Of a DNA stretch of 64,000 nt, positions 37,341 to 48,588 are shown piece after piece. The DNA lies in assembly GCA_028023455.1 (NCBI GenBank), contig JAQFVV010000007.1:9796001-9860000 (forward strand), read 5' to 3'. The translations under genes were made by a program, and so were the position numbers. The first letter of the stretch is position 1; each line of letters opens with the position of its first letter. Under the pieces are notes generated by a model. That model worked only from the letters and a program-made list of their open reading frames with translations. It was not told the DNA's origin and searched no databases. The DNA is from Epiperipatus broadwayi (taxonomy: Eukaryota; Animalia; Onychophora).

Positions 37341-40300
37341 TCATTATACAAAATAAATATGTAATGAACAACAAAAAAAAAGAAACAGCATTCAAATCAG
37401 CAAAAAATTAGTTCTCAGCAGACAAACCATGAATATGACATGTGTAACAGTAAGAATTGTCCCTCCACATAATAAAATCTAGAACACAGGCTAAATACAC
37501 TAAAGCTGATCGAATCTGGATGCTGGGATCCAGAATCTGGACAACATTCAATCCTTTCACCTCTGCTCAATGATCTAATACCCTATGGATGACACTTCTC
37601 AACTTACACAGACATTCAATTTAACCACGGTCCAGCAGTCACCCAGAGTGGAACAATAAGACTCATAAATTAACTAACACTAATTTGGTCAGATATACAC
37701 ACATATGACTAAGTGATTAATTAATATATCGATGATTGATTATGAAATCCAATAGAATGATCTACATATAGATATAAGGATGTATGTGCAAAGAAATCTT
37801 AGAGTTTGATAAAATGAACTCATGAACAATAAAGTATGGAAACGAGTTATATTTTAGATATTAATTTAATAAAACAATAACAAAAGATATCAAAACTAAA
37901 ATATATATGATTATGTAATGAGAAGTGAGAGATTACGCTCGCAGGTGTCACATAACTAATAAGATTAATGTTACATATTGTTTCATTTTAAGTGTTTAAT
38001 AAAGTGTAGTGCGGTATTGGAGTTTATGTCTATATTAATATGCCAAATTTCTAGCTCTTGTGTAGTCTGCTAAATTATATAGAACTTAATAGCCAAAGTT
38101 ATATAACTAACTTAATAGTGCTCCTATGGCGTCTATCTATATCAAGTTAAGTTGAGTGCTTAATCAGGCTCAGAGATATGCAGGTTAGCGTGTTAACCTA
38201 GATTAGGATATACACTGATGCTAGATAAGCATTTAATATAAAGGGAGAGAAAACTGGTTTATGATAGGTTTACCTATATACTCTATGGCACATATGAAAA
38301 TATTAATAAAGCTAGAAGGAGCGAATGGGTCATTATTCATGGGCTTCAGCCACAAAGGCTTGGTTACCCTACAACTGCTCAACTTGCTACGAATAGGAAC
38401 ATTAATAGTTCAGGGAGTCAGATAAGCATTAATTATGAATAATCTAGGTCCTTGTGCCCTAGTTCTAAAAAAGTGTGCTTTACCCAAACTAAGTGGATAA
38501 GTGTGGCCCCCGCCAGCAACTCATCAAGAATCATGCAGCAAGCAGATAATTATACATTGCATACTTAGTGAGGACCCATCCGCAACTTATACATATATAA
38601 CGCAAATACGTAAAATTATATTAGCGTTCCTTAAAAATAGATAGTGTCTATTTGCATATCTATACAACCCAGTTTTCAAATTTAGTATTTCAAATATACT
38701 ATTTAGGGACTAAATTAATTAGTAACCTAGTTTAAGATTATCACCTGCGTCTCAACATATATAAATCTAAGGAGGACAAAGCATATTTGCGGGGTAATTA
38801 CGAATAAAACATTAAAATATGCTTTGAGAATATCTCTGTGGCTAGTTCCTATGATGTAAGAGTTACATATATAAATAGTTATAATTCATAAATAGAGTTA
38901 AGCAAACTACAATTTTAACTAGAGAACAGTAAAATAATAACATGATCTCGAAACAGCAAGTGAGAAAAATAATTCAATTATTTAATATTTATTATAGCGA
39001 AGATTTGAAATTATCTTCGCAGCTTGATAAGCTAAAATTATACTTATAAATACTTGTGGTTTCGAGTTATTTGGCATATTAAATACATATAATATTAAAA
39101 TGATAAAATTATAGAATAAACTGAAAAGATTAGAAATAGGCATAAAAGACCGCAGAAAATTATACATTTAGTGTAAAATAGATTATTAGAGTTTACATTT
39201 TAAAAGATAATTTAACATTACAAGTTTTGTATTCAGACAAGATTTAAACATTAGCATTTAACAGTTTTCTTTGCAGATTTTAGAAAAGGTGTTTGGAAAG
39301 GTAGGTTTAATAAATAGCTAGCTTCTAAAATAAAGAATTGGAAGTCATAGTTTATAAACAGGGCTCTGAGTGAAAATTTATCAATTTACCAGTCAGTTGT
39401 TTACATTGCAGTTTCTGGGCACTTGAGATGATAATAAGTTGACACTTTTTGCGATGATTTAAAGTTAATGGAGGTTTTTCCACAAGCTGCTTTGCTGATG
39501 TACGGCATTATGTTTTATTGGACCAAACTTTCCATCTGGCAAGGGCAGGAGGTGGTGAATTCTTGCCTACTTTACCACATCATTTTAAAGGTGAAATGAA
39601 CGTGGATTCTGTTAACAATTCACTTATTATATATATGATCGATCCTTGGCAACAAAACTTTAAGTATTTATATTTTTCTAACTCTGGCCACCTGTTTATT
39701 TTTACAAGCTTGTCCGTAGCTGAAAAACCCATTACCTTATTTTAGAAAAACATATTTAATTACCAAAACTAGCAGAAAAACCCATTACTTTATTTTAGAA
39801 AACATATTTAATGACGACAACCAATTTAGATTTTGTTTTTTCTGCTTTTTTTCACCTGCAATTTATTGTGGCAACGCTATAAAATTCTGCGAATTGTTAT
39901 TAACATTTTATATTTACAAAATCAAATTCACGCTATTTTAGGACTATTGCGTGATCTAATCTTAAGAGTTGTTTACAAAAAAATCTAAGTTGCTGTGATA
40001 ATTAGTATAAAACTAATTTTATTACCATACCTGCAGAATAACAATGGAAATGGCTTATATACATATGCGATTTCAATAATATAACAATAAAATTGGCTAA
40101 ATAATTTAAACTAAGATATTTCTTAAAGTAGAAATATTTTAAAAATGAATACATATCTGTAATATATACAAATACTATTAAATTACAGACGTACCGTTCG
40201 CATATATATATATACATGATTTTACACATATAGTAATTTGAGGTTGTTTAAATGGGTACTCTGAGAGGGTTTAAACCTGGCATAGAGATAGGTGTGGGGG

Positions 40301-40434
40301 TAAAATACGTCAAACAGGCAGGTGGATAAAACTGACTGTTTCACATGAAAGTGTTAAAAGTATAGTTTTACAATAAATCTTTCTAAATTTTGTATTTAAA
40401 TTCTGTTTTAGAATTTTCTACATTAAAATTTAAT

Positions 40435-40634
40435 GTCTATACATTTTGGTGCCTGTTTTTTCTATGATTATAGTCACGTCTATTATTTGGTTAGGATTGA
40501 TATTAAACCACTAAAATATCACATGGAAGAAATAATGATTGTGATTGTGTGATGTTTTAGTGATTTAAGACCAATCCTATCCAAATAAGAGCTGACTGTG
40601 ATTATTGAAAAACCAAAGATATCAAAATATATAC
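40435..40634. repeat. About 200-bp foldback (MITE-like, unclassified), copy 1
   Basis: Arms of about 85 bp (…TATTATTTGGTTAGGATTGATATTAAACCACTAAAA… / …TTTTAGTGATTTAAGACCAATCCTATCCAAATAA…) around a short spacer. Confidence 0.75.
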
Positions 40635-41260
40635 ACACCAACGATGAAGCATGACTTTTTTAGGAATACTTTACATAATCTTTTTTTATAATGTTTTTAT
40701 TTTACTTGCTGCAACAATTTTTACGTAATAGCCATATATATATATTACATACATCTAGAAAAATCTGGAACTCTCTTATCTGTAAATCAGAATGTGACTA
40801 GTTTAAATATAGACAATACATTATCAAGATATTTTTATTTTCTAAATGCTTTTAATATTCTTAAGTTTTAACTATTAATTACATTTTTGCATTGTTTGAA
40901 CTTCTTGTAATCAACAAATAATGCGATGGACAAACTCATTATTTGCCTTATATAAAAACATTTCAACTGTTAGTAAAAAAATTCCATATAAAAAAATAAT
41001 GAATATGAATTGTTCATTTTTCTTTTTTATGTTTGGCAAAATAGTTTATATACACTAATGTACTTATTACTTGTTGGATCGATTTTGTGATGTTAAATAA
41101 TTTTGTACATATTTTAATGAATTTTTAAAATTGAATTTTAGTTAAAACTTTTGCACTTTTTAATGAATTCTTCTATGGAAGCATTTTCATGTACAATAAA
41201 AAGTGTTTTGCTAAAAATTGTTCAAATTCTGTTTGAATATTTTTTACATTAAAATTTAGA

Positions 41261-41460
41261 GTCTATATACTTTGGATCTTTGGTTTTTCAATAACTACAG
41301 TCAGCGCTATTATTTAGCTAGGATTGGTATTAAACCACTAAAACATTACAAAATCACGATCACTTTCTTTCATGTGATATTTTAGTAGTTTAATACCAAT
41401 CCTAACCAAATAATAGAGGCAACTATAGTTATAGAAAAACCAGCCACCAAAATATGTAAA
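41261..41460. repeat. About 200-bp foldback, copy 2, inverted relative to copy 1
   Basis: The spacer and the arm-specific differences match the reverse complement of 40435-40634. Confidence 0.75.
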
Positions 41461-41664
41461 TGCTGAACTATTCTCAGACTTATTACCAAATTCACCACTT
41501 CATTTATTTTGCTGTATCTTATATAAATGCAATTTATTCACTCTACTTTGAACACTTTTCAAAAAAAAATGTACAATAAAAAGTTTTTTTGCTAAAAAAT
41601 GTTCAAAGTAGAGTAACAGTTGAAACATAAGATTATGTATGTATATACTAAATAGCATTTATAT

Positions 41665-41962
41665 ATTCAGACCTGAATGACTATACAGGTTAATTATATT
41701 GGATTGAAAACATTATTGTGTTTTCAGTTTGGGTTGATAGCTTTATAGTTAACCAAAAAGATAAAAAGATGGGTGGGAGAGAGAGAGATTTGATCCAAAG
41801 ATTGAGATGCACTCATCCCAGATCCAAAGCTCTTCAATGATAAAAGCCATAAGCTAGAAACTAGTCTGAGGATATTGGAAGGGAAGGGACTGGATAGGGA
41901 TTAAAATGCACAACCATCTAGCATTTATTGATTACCACAGCTTACACTAGATGGCACAATTG
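41665..41962 (+). repeat. Hammerhead-bearing repeat family, copy D (motif at 41832-41871)
   Basis: CTTCA-ATGATAA-A-AGC cataa GCT-A-GAAACTAGTC-TGAGG. Stem I 5 bp, palindromic ACTAGT stem III, GUC triplet. Confidence 0.75.
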
Positions 41963-42199
41963 TGCGGAAATTTTTTTCGCTACAGTTTGATTCGATGATT
42001 GACAAGAGATCATAAAAACTAAAAACTTCCTGAAATGGAAGAGAAATGAAAACAAAAAATAAAGAAAATATAATGTTTACACAGAATAATTATTATACTG
42101 TATAATAATGTTTTGCTAACCAAAATTATGGGGGCAAAAAAAGGATTTATATGTAGATGGAATTTGCCTCCGTTAAAAAAAATGTTTACTATACAAGAA

Positions 42200-43390
42200 A
42201 TTTTTAGAAAGTCTGCTTAATGTTTATTTGCTACAGATGTCCAATTTACACAAAGATATGCTCTGAGAATAGTAGACCGAGTTCCATACCATCTATCAAA
42301 CTGAGGAAAATAATTACTATTCCCGATATATTCAAAATTTTACAGAACCGTAACATTTTTCCAGTGCTTTTTAAGTTATATTGATAAGAGTTCCTTTGTT
42401 ATTTTCATTAAATAAATTTACCAGAATAATAGCCTTATATAGAACAAACTAATTTAGAATTTTATAATTATGCTGAAAGTCCGTATCTTTTCACCTGTTA
42501 AATATAGTTTCCAGTACAATGAAGATTTGCTGCATTTCAACATCCTCAAGTTCAGTGTTTTTTTCCTCCAAAAAAGTTAATAAGATATTTAAACTGTTTA
42601 AATTCTCAAGCTAATTAATCACTTGTGTATTCTGATTACTAAATCAAAAGCTTTACAGGTAGCATCCCCAACATTAAAAACATTCTGAAGACCAACTTTT
42701 GAATTGGTTCGAAAAAATATAATCATTATCACTGTGAATCTAATAGTCAAAAAGATGAAGTTCTTGCTTAAGCCTTAAACTTATATCCCATTTCAACACT
42801 TATTTCACCAAGCAGTCCTCAAAATATTCTAAAAACCACAGACAAAAATTGAAATGGAAAACAAAACTGAACTAGAAAATAGATCATTTTCATTACAAAT
42901 GCCTCAGATTTTTCAAACCATACATATTATCTTACCTTATACAATCAAGGAAAAACTGAATAATAAGAATAAACTTCTATAGTCACCCGTCTATTTTCCA
43001 AACATTATTACAAACCTTATCATTTAATCAAGTTACAGACCTCTATAAAATCATTTCTACACTGATTTTTGATTCTCCAAAATAGACAATTCTCTGGTAA
43101 ATACTCATTTAAAACTACAAGCCACTTATTCAATGAAATGAGGTCTGTCTCTACACTAAAACTCATGCACACCATAAAATATATTTTTAGAAAATCTGTT
43201 ATTAATTTCACATGGCAAATTCAATAGATGATTTAATAACATTAGCATCATATTTGTCAAAATGAACATCATATCAATTGATCTTACGATATTGCAACCA
43301 TATGGAGCAGCTTTAAGACTTAACTGGTGGACAGTTTCCTTTGTTTTCCTTGAGTGATAATTTGAGTTACCATTCAACATTTGATTTTAC
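42200..43390 (+). mobile_element. Possible very old LINE (L1-like) 3' region
   Basis: One plus frame gives long stop-interrupted protein-like stretches ending in a Cys-containing segment. No diagnostic motif is intact. Confidence 0.2.
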
Positions 43391-43435
43391 ATTATTAGAT
43401 TACACTTTGTTAGAATACAATTTTAGGTTCTTTAG

Positions 43436-43632
43436 TATTTGCCAACCGATGACGTATTACCCTGAAGCCATATCAGTCTGATCTTCAGATCTTTAAGATA
43501 ATGTCTCCAAGTGATTTGCGGACAAATGCAATTGCTAAAATTTGTCCGCAAATCACCTGAACCCGGCACGTTAAAGATCGCAAAATCAGACTGATATGGC
43601 TTCAGGGTAATATGTCTTTGGTTGGAAAAAAT
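43436..43632. repeat. About 195-bp near-complete palindrome (foldback MITE-like, unclassified)
   Basis: Perfect 28-bp inverted pair 43455-43482 / 43585-43612 and perfect 17-bp pair 43511-43527 / 43540-43556 around a 12-nt centre. Confidence 0.9.
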
Positions 43633-45649
43633 AAAATTAAAAGTACAAAAAAGTACATGCATGCGTCAAAATAATTGAAAAATTAAAAGTAATTAAGTGT
43701 AAGTTTGATAATTTAGAAATTGAAAGTAACTAAGTGTAAATTTTATAATTGTACAAATTTTTTTTTGTAAATTTAAAATAAATAGACTAATAAAAAACAC
43801 TTTTTCCGATTATCTGGCATTATTAATGGCGACCTGAAAACGTACGTATTCTATATTACAAATTTTTATAACAAAAAAAATCAAAAAAATGTACTTGTGT
43901 TAAAAATTATCTTATCTTTACAACATTTCCGATGGTATTTAACTCAATTATTCATGTTAAAAATATATAAAACGAACAATTTGAAAATGTGTCTCATTTT
44001 TTGACTGAAAATTAGAAAAATCAGTGTGTAGCGTGGTAATGGCAGGGGGGGGGGGGCTTTTTGTGTTTTTGACGGCCCAAAGGCACGTCCAATATTATGC
44101 TCAATTATAAAATACAAAACCACCGACAACACCAGACATTGTACTACTCTCATAGTTGTAATTTTTATAATTGCGGATGAATTTAAAAAAAAAAAAATTC
44201 TGTATAATATAATTCAGAAATTAAAAATAAAATTAATTAATTGTACTTTTTATAATTGCAAAAGAATTTACAAAATAATATACATCAAAATGACATTATT
44301 TATTAGAAACAAAAATGAAAATTACTTACAAATAGCGTCCACTGCGGTCGACTAGTAGCAAAATCACAAAAGACAAAATTTCCCAAAGCTCTATCTGATT
44401 TTTAAATCTCGCGGGTCAAAAAAATCCCAAAATTGGATTAATCATGTCAGTGTCTTGGTTGACATGACAACATTGTCATGTTATCATCGACAATGTTTGC
44501 CTGAAGAAAAATCGGTAAGTATAAAACGTCATCGGCTGAGTAATACTAAAGTACCCAATTTTACAAAAAAAATATCCTTAAAAATCATATTTGAATTTCA
44601 TAAATATAGGAAAAAAAATAGTACAGTAAAACACACAATGAGAACAATAACTTTTTTCTTATCAGATGATTACAGTCAAGTTCGTAAGAAAAATTAATGG
44701 AATCTTTATTTATTGATCTTCATTTCTAAAACCCAAATGAATTATGACTAAGGCATCGTAAAACTACGAAATTTTGTTCTAAAATTTAAAATTATATTTA
44801 CAATTTTTAAATATCTTAAAAGTTCCACAATATACATTTCTTTTACCCAATCAGCAGCATTATTGCTTGTTTATAATACCTTCTTTGTAGAATATTGAAA
44901 CCTTCAGATTTTTGCTTCGAAATAAATCAAAATATATTTTAATTTCAATTTTTACCATCAAATGAATGCAAAATGGGTAAAATACCATTACAGGTAGCCA
45001 CAGTAATGTAAAGAAAAGCCAAAGGTGCCTCAGTGCCATCTCCAATTAATATATTTTATATATATCAGTAAATAAATTAAACTTATGTTTCTAAATTATA
45101 TGATTATGTTAATAGCACTATATAAAACTAATTACAGTACTTACATCACTGTGGAGTGAAATATTCTTATTTAGTTTGCTAAACACAGCAGCAGCACTTG
45201 AAAATCTGTATAGAACATCAACATGTTTTAAAATAATGACACTTAGAAAAATGCAGATCCCAGATTTGCAATAATTAAGAAAATGGGAAAACATTTGCAT
45301 TTAAATTAACAAAAAAGTATTTATGCTTAAATGTCACAATGTTAATTTTTAGATTTAAGTTAATATTTAATGAAGTTTCATGATTTATTCAATTCTAAAA
45401 CCTTTTTACTTGCACATTTCCAATCTATTTAGCTGATTAAAAAAATGAAATAAACTTAGACAATTATAAACATTTTTCTCATTATAATTTCTTTTATAAA
45501 AGGAATTAAATAATGATAAAATAAAAGTGCCCAACTGAGTAAATGGGAAGGGTTGGAATAATGCACAAATTGGTACTTTAAATGTTGGGCTTCAACTGTT
45601 ATAGATATCAGTCTAATCTTACATACAATTGAGATTATAGAGATTTTTA

Positions 45650-46110
45650 ATATATTAGGGCATAATCTGAAAATAGAAAACAGTACGAGAGATCTAATTA
45701 AGATAGTGAAAAATGTTGTTGGAGATATTAAGAAAAAGGGGTTATATTTATCTAAACTAAACTTGTGAAAGATTGAACTACATTACTTTGAAAACAAGAA
45801 CATTTATTTAGGTGAGTCACTAGATAAGTATTGAGCAGATGGATATAATTAGCAGTGAATATGAACAAAAGTTTATTGCAACAATTTTCTAATGATTATA
45901 GCAATACTTGTGAATAATCAAGACAAGTGCGAAAAATTATATAGTATTGATGGAATTTAGAATGAAATAAAATTCAAGGAAATGAAATGAAAATATTTGG
46001 AGACAAGAATAAATACTGTACAGAAAGTTTAGAGCAGTATTAAATCTTTCATATTTAGGAAGTGATTAATTAATGATATGATGTAAAGAAAAAAGTGAAT
46101 GAATTGCAAT
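45650..46110 (+). mobile_element. Decayed LINE RT C-terminal fragment
   Basis: AAATCTTTCATATTTAGGAAGTG reads as the (S)F-YLGS motif, followed by a DVKKKVNE-like segment. Otherwise degenerate. Confidence 0.3.
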
Positions 46111-46749
46111 CCTTAAATTATTCAATCTTTTCTGAAAGTAAATTTAGGAAAGTAAGTTTGATAACTGATATAAGTTAATTTTCTATAGAAATAAGTTCAA
46201 CTATTAGAAAATGGAGAGAAATAAAACTGGAATCTTTAGAAAGGTGAATTTGAGAAAAAAATAGGTGGGAGGAAAAAAGATCCATTAAAATAATTATAAA
46301 GAGGGATTGGATCAAACGTGTGCTTAAAGTAGATAAGATAAAGTAAAAAAAAATGGAGAAAGGAAAATAACTGTCTTTTCACTATTATTAAGAGCACCCT
46401 ACAGTTCCCTAGAACACAGTTTATGTAATGTGTAAATTGTATAGTGTACATTTTTTCTCACTAAATTCAAGTTTGAACAATAATTACTCCAACATACAAT
46501 AAACACCTTTTGGACAACTTAGTTGTCAATTTCATTCATCTAATTAAAGTTATTGGAGTCAGTTTTCAAAGTCCTTCAATACTTAGATATTGCTGTAATT
46601 ATCTTATTAAACAATAAATATTTAGTCTTATATAGTGTTTGAGTTTTGAAAAATGAAATGCATCATAAAACTGATACACTTTCTTTCATGCACTGTACAA
46701 AAAATATAATAAATTGAAGCATAAACTGTACAATTAATTTTTCATATAC

Positions 46750-47111
46750 ATGGCTATCAGTTCAAATAAAATTTATGACAAAATAAATTATTTTTAGCTT
46801 AATTATTATTAAAAATATTATTAGAAGTAATGAAAATATATTAAAATAATAAAACAATTTTAAAAATTATGTAAATAATTCCATCTGTAATACTAAAAAT
46901 GAAATGGCTAAATCAATGAACATAAATAAAATTTGTGACAAAATAAAATAATTTTTACCTTAGTTATTAAAAATATCATTAGAAATAATGGAAAAATATT
47001 TAAATTTTTTTTTAAAAAAAAAGCTTAGCATAATGCCTTAGTAATGTAATTAATGTAATCAATTCTTGCTATGATACTAAAAATGAAATGGTTACATCAA
47101 AGAACACAAAT
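46750..47111. repeat. Diverged tandem repeat, about 2.2 units of 155-185 bp
   Basis: AAATAAAATTT(A/G)TGACAAAATAAA and ATACTAAAAATGAAATGG each recur twice with colinear flanks. Confidence 0.75.
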
Positions 47112-48258
47112 GTTAGGACAAAGCTATTCATTAATATAAACATGTGCATAAAATATTCAGATTATTTCCATTTGTTTGTCCAATATTTTTCTAATGTTTT
47201 GTTTCCAATTTAATTATTTTATCTGTTTATTTGTATATGAAGCAGTGAAAATGCTACACCTTTTAAAAAATATTCATGATAATTTTAATTATGAGCCAGA
47301 ATTTAAAAACTAATATAAGCATCAGGGAAAAAAAATGACTTTGAAACTGGAGATCTAAGTTCTGCATATTATATAATGTCTTTTTAAAAAAATAAGGATA
47401 ATTTTTTTTTAAAAAGCACAGAATAGTGAGATTTCCAGAGTAGTAATGCAGTTCACACAGTAATGCCATAAAACAGATGAAAACTAATGTGGATTAACAG
47501 AAAACAACTAACACCAGTGATTTTTATGCTTTTAACAAATTCAATTTTAGTTGACAAGGCAATTTATAGAAGTTGAACATAGTGTATTAACTTTATATTT
47601 ATTTTTCACTTATAATTTTGTACTACATTTTTGCTGCTTAATTAAATAAATGTGGTAGAATGGTAACTGCTCTAAGGGATGAGTCTGGAATGGATTACCC
47701 CTAAATACATGCATTTCAATTGTACTGGTAAGCGAACATGACCCTGTAAGATTTAGCTCTGCGGCAGACTCAAGAATTAAAAGTTTCTGAATTAATTTTA
47801 GAAGAGTAAAAAAAAAAAAATCAGTTTTATTAAGTGAACACAAACTGATGTGCTCAACTTATCTTTGGGTGTTTAAATACATTCCGAACAACTAATTAAC
47901 TGAATATTTGTATATCTTTTTAATAGCAATGTAAATTATTACATAATAATAATTAAATTGTTTATTGACTGGAATTTTGTAAGAAGTTTGAGTGTTGGAA
48001 CAACTGACACAATCTAGGGATCTTACTTCAAAATCTGTCATTCTGCTGTTGCATAGTACCAAGCAATGCAATTGTTAAGAGCAAAGAATTACACTGTAAT
48101 TCTGAAAAATATGCCAAAGAATATTATATATATAAAATAAGTCTGTAGTTGGTTGTTTGATGATCATATGACACTCGGGGATCCAAGAGCCGAAATCAAT
48201 CCAGGAATCATTAAGTTGTTAAAATCATTATAATACTGCATAACATGGTAGTTTAGAG

Positions 48259-48588
48259 CAGCGTTTCTCAACTTTTGGGTCGCGTTAAATTTTTAATGGG
48301 TCGTGGATATGCACCAAGAAATGAAAACATAAATATTTGATAGCAAAAATATTTTTACATTTAAACACAATGTGTTAAGTTTTTAAATTAAAAATGTGTA
48401 GTTTAATTTTTAACAGAACTTTTTTAACTTACAAATTATTTGTTCATTATAAATATTATCAAATTGATCCGAATATATACAGTACCGTGCCGATGTAATA
48501 TCTCTTTTATTTTATGTAATAAACATTTGGGTCGCAGAACTATTTCAATGAAGTCCATTGGGTCGCGCGGCAAAAAGGTAAATAGCTG
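48259..48588 (+). mobile_element. hAT (Charlie/Buster-type) MITE, short derivative of the 21351-22078 family
   Basis: Starts GTTTAGAG|CAGCGTTTCTCAAC, has GGGTCGC subterminal motifs, and the 3' TIR is degraded. Confidence 0.75.

Noticed and set aside
39640-40000. GGCAAC half-sites suggesting RFX X-box promoter elements
   Set aside because: None forms a full 14-bp X-box, and no transcription start can be placed from sequence alone.
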